Source of the DNA: Trichodesmium erythraeum IMS101
Lineage (GTDB): Bacteria > Cyanobacteriota > Cyanobacteriia > Cyanobacteriales > Microcoleaceae
Direction of reading: 5' to 3'
NCBI RefSeq assembly: GCF_000014265.1
Contig: NC_008312.1
Span: forward strand, 2,340,001-2,372,000
DNA: 32,000 bases
A program made the position numbers and the translations under genes. The number at the start of each line of letters is the position of its first letter. The first letter of the stretch is position 1. Positions 1-9,455 of this stretch are shown one piece after another. The notes below the pieces were generated by a model, which was not told the origin of the DNA, did no database searches, and was given only the letters and a program-made list of their open reading frames with translations.

Positions 1-1994
1 GCAATTTGGGATATATGAACCATTCCTTCTTTTCCAGCAAATACTTCTACAAAAGCACCAATAGGAATAATTCGAGTCACTCGACCAACATAAACATCTC
101 CAGGATTGAGTTTCTTGGTCATCCCTTGAATAATATTGCAAGCTTGTTTAGCTTTTTCACCATCTGCTGCTGCAATAGTTACGGTTCCATCATCATCAAT
201 ATCAATTTTAACACCGGTTTCCTCAGTAATACCTTTAATAGTTTTACCACCAGGTCCGATGACTAAACCGATCATTTCTGGGTCTATCTTGAAGCTTAAG
301 AGTCTCGGTGCATAGGGCGACATATCGGGACGAGGTAGATCGAGAACACTTAGCATCTTGTCTAAAATATGTATCCGTGCTGGTTTAGCTTGATGAATAG
401 CATCAGCAATGACCTCTATAGGCAAACCTGTAATTTTCATATCCATCTGTAAAGCTGTAATTCCACTATCGGTACCAGCAACTTTGAAGTCCATATCACC
501 CAAAAAATCTTCTATACCCTGAATATCTGTCAGAATTCGGACTTCCTCATCTTCTTTGATTAAACCCATAGCTGCTCCACTCACGGGTTTAACAATAGGA
601 ACTCCAGCATCCATTAAACCAAGAGTAGAAGCACAAACTGAACCCATAGAAGTTGAACCATTTGAAGAAAGGACTTCTGAAACGACTCGAATTACATAGG
701 GAAAAATATCGCTTTTTGGTATGACAGGTATCAAAGCACGTTCTGCTAAAGCACCATGACCAATTTCTCTACGACCAGGCTGTCGCAATGGTTTGGTTTC
801 TCCTACAGAAAAAGGAGGGAAGTTGTAATGGTGCAAATAACGTTTTTCGTCTTGGGGATGTAAATCATCCGCTAGTTCTTGAGCATCACCTGGTGTTCCC
901 AAAGTAACAGCAGACATTACTTGAGTTAAACCTCGATTAAATAGAGAACTACCGTGGACTCGTGATGGCAGTACTCCTACCCGACAAGAAACAGGGCGTA
1001 CTTCATCTAACTTCCGACCATCAACCCGGATACCTTCAGCAACAATTTGTTGACGCATTAACTTTTTGGTGACGCTCTTAAAGGCATTCCCAAGCAACAT
1101 ACTTTCAGATTCAACCATTGCTCTTACTGCTTCTTCTTCAGGAAGTTCAGTGATGCTTTCTGCCAGAGAATCTTTAATTTCATCGAGTTTTTCGTCCCGC
1201 TGATTTTTATCTAAATCATATTGAGACAAAATCTCTTTAATCTGTTCTGTAGCTTTTTCCTTGATATAGTTTTCTAAGGTAGGGTCTACTTCCGGAGGTT
1301 CTAATTCTACAAGTTCAATACCCATTTCAGCAATAATTTCTCGTTGAGCTTGAATCAGGTCACAAACTGCTTCATAGCCAAAATCAATTGCCTCAATAAT
1401 ATCTTGTTCTGGCAATTGATTTGCCCCTGCTTCTACCATGATCACCCCCTGGGGAGACCCAGCGACCACTAAGTCTAAATCACCATTTTTGACTTCACGG
1501 TAAGTAGGATTAATGATAAAGTCATCCCCTACTAGCCCTACCCGTACTGCAGCCATTGGGCCATAAAAAGGTAATTTGGCCAGTAATACTGCTACTGAAC
1601 TACCTGTTACGGCTAACACATCTGGTGGTACTTCCTCATCCATGGACAATGTTGTGGCCACAATTTGAATATCATCCCGTAACCAACTAGGAAATAGGGG
1701 GCGTAGAGGTCTATCAATTAAACGACTTGTCAGTGTCACCTTTTCTGGAGGACGACCTTCCCGGCGCAAAAAACCACCGGGAATTTTTCCTCCAGCGTAG
1801 AGTCTTTCCTCATAGTCAACCAAAAGAGGTAGAAAATCTATTCCTTCTCTACCTTTAGCTGTAGTAGCTGTGACTAATACTGCTGTGTCTCCTGACTCTA
1901 TCATCACAGCACCACCAGCTTGAGGTGCAAATAAACCAACTTTGAGTCGAATATCCCGTCCGTCAAAGGATATGGATTTATCTATCTCTTCCAT
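1..1994 (-). CDS. pnp: polynucleotide phosphorylase (polyribonucleotide nucleotidyltransferase); the C-terminal end runs off the window
   Basis: Absent from the ORF track because it is open at the window edge. My reverse-strand translation from the ATG at 1994-1992 gives [86 protein letters not shown] (RNase PH-type N-terminus). Bases 1080-961 give ..[30 protein letters not shown].. Bases 330-1 give ..[90 protein letters not shown] (KH then S1 domain). Confidence 0.93.
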   Translation of the reverse strand, partial: MEEIDKSISFDGRDIRLKVGLFAPQAGGAVMIESGDTAVLVTATTAKGREGIDFLPLLVDYEERLYAGGKIPGGFLRREGRPPEKVTLTSRLIDRPLRPLFPSWLRDDIQIVATTLSMDEEVPPDVLAVTGSSVAVLLAKLPFYGPMAAVRVGLVGDDFIINPTYREVKNGDLDLVVAGSPQGVIMVEAGANQLPEQDIIEAIDFGYEAVCDLIQAQREIIAEMGIELVELEPPEVDPTLENYIKEKATEQIKEILSQYDLDKNQRDEKLDEIKDSLAESITELPEEEAVRAMVESESMLLGNAFKSVTKKLMRQQIVAEGIRVDGRKLDEVRPVSCRVGVLPSRVHGSSLFNRGLTQVMSAVTLGTPGDAQELADDLHPQDEKRYLHHYNFPPFSVGETKPLRQPGRREIGHGALAERALIPVIPKSDIFPYVIRVVSEVLSSNGSTSMGSVCASTLGLMDAGVPIVKPVSGAAMGLIKEDEEVRILTDIQGIEDFLGDMDFKVAGTDSGITALQMDMKITGLPIEVIADAIHQAKPARIHILDKMLSVLDLPRPDMSPYAPRLLSFKIDPEMIGLVIGPGGKTIKGITEETGVKIDIDDDGTVTIAAADGEKAKQACNIIQGMTKKLNPGDVYVGRVTRIIPIGAFVEVFAGKEGMVHISQI

Positions 1995-2397
1995 CCAGTT
2001 TTTTTCCTTCTATATTCTTTTGTTTCTGTGGCAATCCTAGCATTGTTGATGGGGCAAGTGTTATATTGCTTAAGTTGGAACTCTGAGGTCAGAAGCTAGA
2101 AGTCAGAGGTTAAAAGTTTTTTGAAGTCTAGTCTTTGACTGAAACTCGTTAAGTTTTGTATGGGAAAAAAATTTGTCAAATTTTGTTATGACAAAAGTTA
2201 TAACGAAAGTTATATAAAAAAAGCTAATGATGGATAGTAAAAATTTTTTTCCCTAGTAAGTTAATACATTTTCTGAAGCACCCATCCGAAGGAGATGATT
2301 AGTGAAATTTTTCGGCGTTGGTAAATAGAAAGATGAATTAAATAGGACAAGAGCTACGGACTAGTTAAAGTCTCTGAATACTATAGACTCAGATTCT

Positions 2398-2950
2398 ATG
2401 TTTCATTGCAATATCTGTGAGTATCTTAGGAAACATATTGGTAAAAATGGCCATGGATCAGGTTGATTTTTGTGATTCACCTGGATATGGTCAGGATATT
2501 AAGGTTCTTTGTCTCAAAATATAGGTTAATGGTATGGGTTTCTAGGGGATTGGTTGAGTTCTTGGTGTGGCCCATGCTATTGTTATTGATTGGCTGAAAC
2601 AGGTGGGAGAGCTTTTGCCTGATGCTTAGGATCCAGAGGATATTAGTCAAGTTGGAGAGCTTGATGAATTTTAGAGTTTTATCGCTAAAAAAAATAAAGT
2701 CTAAGTCTCAATAGTTGTAGATTATTTTCTCTTAGGAATTCTTGATAGGGTGGTAGGAGACTCCAGTGGGAAAATTTTGATTCTTTTTTGAGGAGCGATC
2801 GCCTATTGGCAGTTACTTGTGGGTAAGCGACGGTAGATATACTTATTCCTGCTTAATTTATTTTCTAAATTACCAACGCCAAATTTTCTTACTAGAAGGA
2901 CACGTCTTAAATGTTGCATTATAAAAGGCTCTAAAAGCTTGTTATAATAA
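2398..2950 (+). pseudogene. decayed IS1-family-like (InsB-type) transposase remnant
   Basis: A single frame from 2513 reads LKI*VNGMGF*GIG*VLGVAHAIVIDWLKQVGELLPDA*DPEDISQVGELDEF*SFIAKKNKV*VSIVVDYFLLGILDRVVGD, with six in-frame stops and no frameshift. From memory this matches cyanobacterial IS1-family transposases (..YVNGMGFRGIERV.GV.H.TVI.W.KQVGELLPDAYDPE...VGELDEL.TFVGSKKNKIW.WTAVDH...GILGWVLGD). The upstream MFHCNICEY.. at 2398 resembles the zinc-finger N-terminus. Both end coordinates are approximate. Confidence 0.6.
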
Positions 2951-3043
2951 GAACTATAGAAAAAAAAGGCTCTGCAAAGTTTTAGCTGTGTCAGTCTAAT
3001 ACTGGACTCTCCTAATATCTCTGGAATTTTACTGAATATAAAA

Positions 3044-3052
3044 TGCTATAAT
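3044..3052 (+). promoter_or_regulatory. extended -10 element TGCTATAAT, candidate promoter for the SNF2 gene
   Basis: Exact TGnTATAAT match about 150 nt upstream of the ATG at 3203. There is no convincing -35. The same ATGCTATAAT string occurs upstream of the Uma2 gene. Confidence 0.2.
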
Positions 3053-3202
3053 AATCATACTTACTGTTCATTGTAAATGATGAAGTTTGCATCCAGTTAT
3101 TTTAACTCGGATGTAGTTTTTATTGTGAAATTTTGTTTTTCAAAGGTTTACAGTAGAAAAAATTAGTAGTCAAAATATAACCTTTTTGATAGATATTTTA
3201 AG

Positions 3203-6200
3203 ATGGCAATTTTACATAGTTTTTGGGTGACAGAACATGAACAACCTAGTTTTTTATTTATTTGGGGAGAAGCTTGGCACAGAGTTACAGAAGAGGATGC
3301 TGGTGAAGTAGAAAAAATTACTAATAATCCTTATTCAATAACTTTAGATGAACTATTAAAGTTATCTGAGGCAAATATATATTTATCTTTAGAAAAGCAC
3401 AAAAAATCCACAAATCAAACTTTAGGTATCCCCACAAAGTTATCAGAATCTAACCAAAAATTATACCCAATTCACTCTGCTATAAGTTTATCAGAAATTC
3501 CAGAAAATTTATATATTTATCCCTGGAAAATAGAAGGAATTTGTCTAGAACCTGATGAAGCAATTAAATTTTTACAATCTATTCCTCTAGGACAAACTAC
3601 TGAATCTTTCATCGGGTCAGATTTAAAGTTTTGGTCTCATCTTGCTCGATGGAGTCTTGACTTATTAGCAAGATGTAAGTTTTTACCTTCTATTGAACAA
3701 AGATCTATTACACAAGAATTTATTACAACTTGGCAACCTTTAATTGATAGTTCTATAGACCAAACAAGATTGAAAAATTTTGCCCAACAAATGCCTCTTG
3801 TTTGTCGTACATATAATCTTGATTGGCAATTACATCCTTCTTTAGAAAGTTTACAAATAATTACTAAAAATAATAGTTACTCAAATTTACCTCGACTTCA
3901 ATCAAGTCAAGAAATTATACAGGATTTCTTGAAAAATACAATAGATAAACAGATTAGACAACTATCAGCTGAAATATCTCTAACAGAAACTACCTCATTA
4001 AATTCTTCAATTAGACAATGGTTGAAGTCTTTATCAGGAAAATTAAGTTTAAAATTACCTGCTCCTCAAGAAACAAAAAAAATTCAAAAAATACTTGATA
4101 ATTGGAAGTCACCTCTACAAGAATATCAAGCTATAGAAAATAAGTTTGTTGCCTGTTTTTGTCTCCACTCACCATCAAATAATTCCCAACAATGGAAGCT
4201 AGAATATTGTCTCCAAGGACTTGATAACCCAGATTTTTTGGTTGATGCTAAAACTATTTGGGAAAATCCTGTGGCAAGTTTAAATTATCAAGGTAAAACA
4301 ATTAAACTGCCTCAAGAAACTTTGCTTAAAGGTTTGGGTTTAGCATCAAGAATTTATCCAATTATTGAGCCTAGTTTACAAGAAGCAACTCCCCAATATT
4401 GCTTACTAACTTCACAACAAGCTTATGATTTTATTAAAAGTGGAAGTGGGCGGTTTATTGATAGTGGACTGGGGGTAATTTTGCCTCCTAGTTTAGCTAA
4501 CCGAGAAGGGTGGGCTTCTCGTTTGGGCTTAAGTATTCAGGCTACAGCTCCAAAAATGAAAAAAACTGAAAAACTTGGGTTGAAAAGTCTTCTCAATTTT
4601 AAGTGGCAGTTGTCTATTGGAGGTCATAAATTAACTAAAGCTGAATTTGAAAAATTAGTTTCTCAAGATAGTCCTTTAGTAGAAGTTAATGGTGAGTGGG
4701 TGGAGTTACAAGGTCAAGATGTCCGAGCTGCTAAAAATTTCTTTGCCTCTCGTAAAGACCAAATGAGTTTATCTTTGGAAGATGCTTTGCGCCTGGCGAC
4801 TGGGGATACTCAGACTGTGGAAAAGTTGCCTGTTGTTAATTTTGAAGCTGGGGGTCAATTTCAGGAACTTTTAGATACTTTAACTAATAATCGTTCTTTA
4901 GAGGAAGTTTCTACTCCTGAGAATTTTCGGGGAGAACTGCGCAATTATCAAGCACGAGGGGTAAGTTGGTTGAGTTTTCTGGAACGTTGGGGTTTGGGTG
5001 CTTGTTTGGCGGACGATATGGGTTTGGGTAAGTGTGTGTTGCACGATACAGAAATTTATGTTAATGGTATGGTAATGGAAGCAGAACAAATTTGGCAAGC
5101 TTATGCAGGTGAGGCTGAATTTGATGGGGAAGGGTTTTGGACAGAGCCTAATAAGGAGTTATTGGTAAATTCTTTAGATGAGACAACTGGTAAAATTGTC
5201 TTTGCTCGGATCCGACGGTTATATCGCCAGTGGGTACGGGAAAAGTTACGGAAGGTTAGGTTGAAGGATGGTAGTAGTATTACTATTACTTGTAGGCATA
5301 AATTATTTATTCGCGATAGTTGGAAAAATGATTTTCAGGTGGGAGATGATGTTTGTGTACCTGCAAAGCTGATGTGGGATGGGAAACCAGAAGATCCAGA
5401 TGTGGTTAAGTTTGTTGCTTGGCAAGTAGCTGAAGGATGGGAAAGGGTTAATTCTGGAATGTTTGGTGTTTCTCAGAAGGGAAAGGATGTTTTGGAAGGT
5501 TTACTTGAAGTTTTTAGCAGACTTGGAAAACGATATGATATTAAAATTAATTGCCCTAAAGTTGTTGCTCATGGTAGCAAGAAAAATTGTTATGAATTTA
5601 GTGCGCATAGTTTAGAGTATCGGAAATTTTTGGAAGAAAAAAGATATGGCTGGGGGAAGCGATCGCATGAAAAAACTATCCCACTATTTATAATGCAGGC
5701 TGACTTAGACAGCGTTAGAGTTTTTCTGAGCAACTACTTTGATGCAGAGGGTTGGGTAAACAAAACTGTAAGATGTGTCGAAATTTCTACAGCATCATCC
5801 CAACTTATTCAAGAATTATCTATCCTTCTCAGACGCTTTGGGGTTTGGATGAAAATTTCACCTCAACAGAAATGCGCTACTAATGGTACTGGAGTTTTTT
5901 GTACCTATTATATTGGTACATTTGGTGGTAATTCGGCACGCTGTTTTTTACAAGAAATAGGATTTAATGATTCAGGAAAACAAGAAAATCTTAAGTCAAT
6001 TTGTGAAAAAATTGCTGACTCTAATGTTGAAGGAATTCCTGCTTCTGATATAGTTGCTGAGTTAGTAGAAAAAACTCAACTACCAGTGGGAAGTTTAGGA
6101 ATTCAGGATCCAATTTATATGGATGGTTGCCAAGATTTTTCTCCTACTAGTTTAGAAAAAGTTATTAACAGTATTGAGGATATTATTAGTGGAGCTGGGG

Positions 6201-7798
6201 AAGAGGAGTATGGTCAACTGAAATCTTCAAAATTGAGGAATAAAACTTTAGAGGCTTATTCTTTACTGAATATTTTAGAGCTAGAAATTTATAAAACTAG
6301 GCTGCAAAAATTACTCAACCAAGAGGTCTATTATTGTCAGATAGAATCTATCGAAGAGATGGAATATGAGGGATGGGTTTATGATTTTGAAGTGAGCAAA
6401 TATCATAATTTTGTTGCTAATAATATTATTTGTCATAATACTATTCAAACTATAGCTTTTCTACTGAAACAACAAGAGCAAAAAGCACTTAAAGGACCTA
6501 CGTTATTAGTTTGTCCTACTTCTGTATTAGGAAATTGGGAAAGAGAGGTCAAAAAGTTCGGACCGACTTTAAAAGCAATAGTACATCATGGGGATAAACG
6601 TGCTAAAGGTAAAGGGTTTGCTACAGCAGTAAAAGATACAAATTTAGTCATAACAAGTTATGCTTTATTGCATCGAGATGAGAAAATATTGGAGACAATA
6701 AAATGGCAGTCAGTGATAGTTGATGAAGCCCAAAATATTAAAAATCCAGAGGCAAAACAATCTCAAGCAGCTAGAAAGTTAGATGCATCATTTAGAATTG
6801 CTTTAACAGGAACTCCTGTAGAAAATCGCCTTTCAGAATTATGGTCAATTTTGGATTTTTTGAATCCTGGATATTTAGGTCAAAAGCAATTTTTCCAGCG
6901 TCGGTTTGCTATTCCTATTGAGAAATATGGCGATACAAGTTCGTTGCAAATTTTGCGTTCTCTTGTTCAACCATTTATTCTCCGTCGCCTTAAAACTGAT
7001 AAAGATATTATTCAAGATTTACCAGAAAAACAGGAAAATACTATTTTTTGCCCACTGGCAAATGAACAAGCATTGCTTTATCAAAATATAGTTGAAAATT
7101 CTTTGGCAGAAATTGATACTGTTGGTGGTATTCAGCGAAAAGGAAAAATTTTAGCTTTGTTAATAAAACTGAAACAGTTGTGTAATCATCCTGTACTTTT
7201 ACAAATCAAAAAAGGTAGTAGGAAAAAGGTAGAAATTACTGATAAAAATTCAGGGAAATTACAACGTTTAGGGGCAATGTTGGAAGAAATAATTTCTGAG
7301 GAAGAACGGGCAATTATTTTTACACAATTTGCTGAATGGGGAAAGGTTTTACAACCTTATTTGCAGAAAAGTTTAGGTAGGGAAGTTTCTTTTTTATATG
7401 GTTCTACTCAGAGGAGTAAAAGGGAGGAAATGATTGATCAATTTCAACTGGATCCTCAAGGTCCTCCTGTCATGATTTTGTCGTTAAAAGCTGGAGGTAC
7501 TGGTTTAAATTTGACTCGGGCTAATCATGTTTTTCATTTTGATAGATGGTGGAATCCTGCAGTGGAAAATCAGGCTACGGATCGGGTATTTAGAATTGGT
7601 CAAACTCGAAATGTTCAGGTGCATAAGTTTGTTTGTACTGGAACTTTGGAGGAGAAAATACATGATTTAATTGAAAGTAAAAAGGAGTTGGCTGAGCAGG
7701 TTGTAGGTGCGGGTGAAAAATGGTTGACTGAACTTGATACGGATCAGTTGAGAAATTTATTAATACTTGACAGAAATCAAGTGATTAAAGAGGAATAA
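3203..7798 (+). CDS. SNF2/RapA-type DEAD/H helicase with N-terminal SNF2-helicase-associated region; the precursor contains an intein
   Basis: 1531-aa ORF. Helicase motifs present: LADDMGLGK / (intein) / TIQTIAFLL (motif I restored after splicing), VIVDEAQNIKN (DEAQ box), ALTGTPVENRLSELWS, and the C-terminal LSLKAGGTGLNLTRANHVFHFDRWWNPAVENQATDRVFRIGQ. Predicted mature size is 1062 aa. Confidence 0.95.
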   Translation: MAILHSFWVTEHEQPSFLFIWGEAWHRVTEEDAGEVEKITNNPYSITLDELLKLSEANIYLSLEKHKKSTNQTLGIPTKLSESNQKLYPIHSAISLSEIPENLYIYPWKIEGICLEPDEAIKFLQSIPLGQTTESFIGSDLKFWSHLARWSLDLLARCKFLPSIEQRSITQEFITTWQPLIDSSIDQTRLKNFAQQMPLVCRTYNLDWQLHPSLESLQIITKNNSYSNLPRLQSSQEIIQDFLKNTIDKQIRQLSAEISLTETTSLNSSIRQWLKSLSGKLSLKLPAPQETKKIQKILDNWKSPLQEYQAIENKFVACFCLHSPSNNSQQWKLEYCLQGLDNPDFLVDAKTIWENPVASLNYQGKTIKLPQETLLKGLGLASRIYPIIEPSLQEATPQYCLLTSQQAYDFIKSGSGRFIDSGLGVILPPSLANREGWASRLGLSIQATAPKMKKTEKLGLKSLLNFKWQLSIGGHKLTKAEFEKLVSQDSPLVEVNGEWVELQGQDVRAAKNFFASRKDQMSLSLEDALRLATGDTQTVEKLPVVNFEAGGQFQELLDTLTNNRSLEEVSTPENFRGELRNYQARGVSWLSFLERWGLGACLADDMGLGKCVLHDTEIYVNGMVMEAEQIWQAYAGEAEFDGEGFWTEPNKELLVNSLDETTGKIVFARIRRLYRQWVREKLRKVRLKDGSSITITCRHKLFIRDSWKNDFQVGDDVCVPAKLMWDGKPEDPDVVKFVAWQVAEGWERVNSGMFGVSQKGKDVLEGLLEVFSRLGKRYDIKINCPKVVAHGSKKNCYEFSAHSLEYRKFLEEKRYGWGKRSHEKTIPLFIMQADLDSVRVFLSNYFDAEGWVNKTVRCVEISTASSQLIQELSILLRRFGVWMKISPQQKCATNGTGVFCTYYIGTFGGNSARCFLQEIGFNDSGKQENLKSICEKIADSNVEGIPASDIVAELVEKTQLPVGSLGIQDPIYMDGCQDFSPTSLEKVINSIEDIISGAGEEEYGQLKSSKLRNKTLEAYSLLNILELEIYKTRLQKLLNQEVYYCQIESIEEMEYEGWVYDFEVSKYHNFVANNIICHNTIQTIAFLLKQQEQKALKGPTLLVCPTSVLGNWEREVKKFGPTLKAIVHHGDKRAKGKGFATAVKDTNLVITSYALLHRDEKILETIKWQSVIVDEAQNIKNPEAKQSQAARKLDASFRIALTGTPVENRLSELWSILDFLNPGYLGQKQFFQRRFAIPIEKYGDTSSLQILRSLVQPFILRRLKTDKDIIQDLPEKQENTIFCPLANEQALLYQNIVENSLAEIDTVGGIQRKGKILALLIKLKQLCNHPVLLQIKKGSRKKVEITDKNSGKLQRLGAMLEEIISEEERAIIFTQFAEWGKVLQPYLQKSLGREVSFLYGSTQRSKREEMIDQFQLDPQGPPVMILSLKAGGTGLNLTRANHVFHFDRWWNPAVENQATDRVFRIGQTRNVQVHKFVCTGTLEEKIHDLIESKKELAEQVVGAGEKWLTELDTDQLRNLLILDRNQVIKEE
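5033..6439 (+). mobile_element. 469-aa intein with a LAGLIDADG homing-endonuclease domain, inserted between K and T of the Walker A GLGK|T
   Basis: Starts with the Cys codon TGT at 5033 (CVLHDTEIYV, block A). Block B TxxH is present (ITITCRHKLF). Two LAGLIDADG-like motifs are present (VAWQVAEGW and LSNYFDAEGWV). Blocks F/G read VYDFEVSKYHNFVANNIICHN, ending with Asn at 6437-6439. The +1 extein residue is Thr (ACT at 6440). Removal restores the canonical DDMGLGKTIQTIA. Confidence 0.9.
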
Positions 7799-7851
7799 TT
7801 TTGAGATTTTCTCCACCCTCAAGTTATGATAATTTTGATGCTTTTATCTCC

Positions 7852-7868
7852 TTTTTTTTGGGGGGGGG
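7852..7868. repeat. homopolymer junction T8 G9
   Basis: The sequence cTTTTTTTTGGGGGGGGGaagggtggagg was read directly. The G9 run is striking in an AT-rich genome. It sits inside a long-range inverted repeat, CTCCACCCT (7811-7819) / AGGGTGGAG (7870-7878). Confidence 0.9.
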
Positions 7869-8080
7869 AAGGGTGGAGGCGATCGCTAAGGTTAAAAGTG
7901 AAAAATAGGAGGTCATTTATTAATAGTTAAAAAATGCAAATTTTGAGGTTATCAGTAAACTGATACTTATAAAAATGTAGGCTGGGTATAACAGCGGTGA
8001 AACCCAAAAAAGCTTAATTTTGGTTAGGTTACTCTAATAGTTACTTTTATTTTTAAAATACTGAATAAAACCGACTACTA

Positions 8081-8234
8081 CCTAACACTTAATGCCTAAA
8101 ACCTGGAGCCTAAAACCTGCAACCTAAAACCTGCAACCTAAAACCTGATACCTGACACCTAAAACCTGACACCTACAACCTGCAACCTAACACCTGCTAC
8201 TTAATACCTAACACTTAACACTTAAAACCTAAAT
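8081..8234 (+). repeat. 22 in-phase heptamer repeats (CCTAAAA / CCTGCAA / CCTGACA / CCTAACA ...), STRR-like
   Basis: Parsed by hand without any phase break: cctaaca cttaatg cctaaaa cctggag cctaaaa cctgcaa cctaaaa cctgcaa cctaaaa cctgata cctgaca cctaaaa cctgaca cctacaa cctgcaa cctaaca cctgcta cttaata cctaaca cttaaca cttaaaa cctaaat. It ends 40 nt before the ATPase start. Confidence 0.92.
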
Positions 8235-8273
8235 CGAGGTATATTATAGATATCAACTAACCAATAACTAAAA

Positions 8274-9449
8274 GTGGATAAACAACCTATTGATAATTTA
8301 ACTATTCATCATTTTCGAGGTATACGAGATTTAACTTTGGAAAATTTAGGTCAAATAAATTTATTAGTTGGTGTTAATAATTCAGGGAAAACAAGTGTTT
8401 TGGAAGCAATTTATACTTATTGTAATCCTTTAGAACCTTTGGAATGGTTAAATACTGCTTGGCGAAGAGAAGTTAAATCTTCTCGTAAATCAAAGTTAGA
8501 ATCCCTTAAGTGGTTATTTCCTCAAAATACTCACAATAATTCAGATAGTTTTTATCAAGGAGAAACTTGGGTTTCTGGTAATAGTACTTTTGGTTTTCTA
8601 GAGTCAAAAGCAACTTATCAAGAAATTGAAGAAATCTGGGATTCTACAAAAGATAATGATGAAGAAGATGAGCAAGAAAATTTGATTAATGAGATAGATA
8701 TTGATGATAATGAAATTAGACGTGGTGCAGGTTTAAAACTAAGATTTACTCCTTTAAAGCTAATACCTAAGTCGGATATATTTGACTATGAAAATGATGA
8801 GAAAAATCAGGAAAAGTTTATATCTAAAAATTTTAGAATCTGGGAAAATCAACCATTAACTATTTTGAATAAATATAAGGGGAACTGGTTATCGGTTGAT
8901 ATAGTTACTCCTTTTTCTCATAGGATAGAACAGTTGCAAATTAAACTCTTAACAGGTGCAATTTTTCAAGGTTTTAAGCCGGAGATTATTGAGTTAATTT
9001 CAATGATGGATTCGGAAATTCTTGATTTAGAGATTCTTGACATTACAGGTAAAAATTCTCGCCTTTATGTACGTCATAAAACATTAGGTATTACTCCATT
9101 AAGTTCTTTTGGTGATGGCGTTAGTCGGTTATTATTTATGGCTTTAACTATAGCTAAGTTAAAGGATGGTATTTTGCTAATTGATGAACTGGAAACAGCT
9201 ATTCATACTGAGGCTTTACTTTTTTCATTTTCTTGGTTAGTTAAGTGGTGTAGAAAAACGAATGTACAGTTATTTGCTACTACCCATAGTTTAGAAACTG
9301 TTGATGCAATGTTGAATGCTAGTAAGTTAAGAAATGATTTGGTTTTATATCGTTTATATCAAAAAGATATGCAGACTCAAGCAATTAGAATTGACCAGGT
9401 TAAGCTAACTAGGGTTCGAGAAAATTTAGGTTTAGAAGTAAGATGGTAA
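8274..9449 (+). CDS. ABC/AAA_21-type (RecF/SMC-like) ATPase, stand-alone
   Basis: 391-aa ORF with a GTG start; the in-frame stop TAA lies at 8265. Walker A is GVNNSGKTS (8370-8396). A signature-like SSFGDGVSRLLFMAL is present. Walker B is ILLIDELETAIH, and a His-loop-like ATTHS is present. The N-terminus (LTIHHFRGIRDL) is typical of this ATPase class. No nuclease or DUF4435-type partner ORF follows. Confidence 0.8.
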   Translation: MDKQPIDNLTIHHFRGIRDLTLENLGQINLLVGVNNSGKTSVLEAIYTYCNPLEPLEWLNTAWRREVKSSRKSKLESLKWLFPQNTHNNSDSFYQGETWVSGNSTFGFLESKATYQEIEEIWDSTKDNDEEDEQENLINEIDIDDNEIRRGAGLKLRFTPLKLIPKSDIFDYENDEKNQEKFISKNFRIWENQPLTILNKYKGNWLSVDIVTPFSHRIEQLQIKLLTGAIFQGFKPEIIELISMMDSEILDLEILDITGKNSRLYVRHKTLGITPLSSFGDGVSRLLFMALTIAKLKDGILLIDELETAIHTEALLFSFSWLVKWCRKTNVQLFATTHSLETVDAMLNASKLRNDLVLYRLYQKDMQTQAIRIDQVKLTRVRENLGLEVRW

Positions 9450-9455
9450 AATATG

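Noticed and set aside
6-266. 86-aa plus-strand ORF
   Set aside because: It lies entirely antisense to the KH/S1 region of pnp, which has unmistakable homology. The product is low-complexity.
4898-5098. A 66-aa minus-strand ORF here, and a 61-aa plus-strand ORF at 6906-7091
   Set aside because: Both are embedded in the SNF2 gene, one antisense and one out of frame. They have no supporting signals, so they are shadow ORFs.
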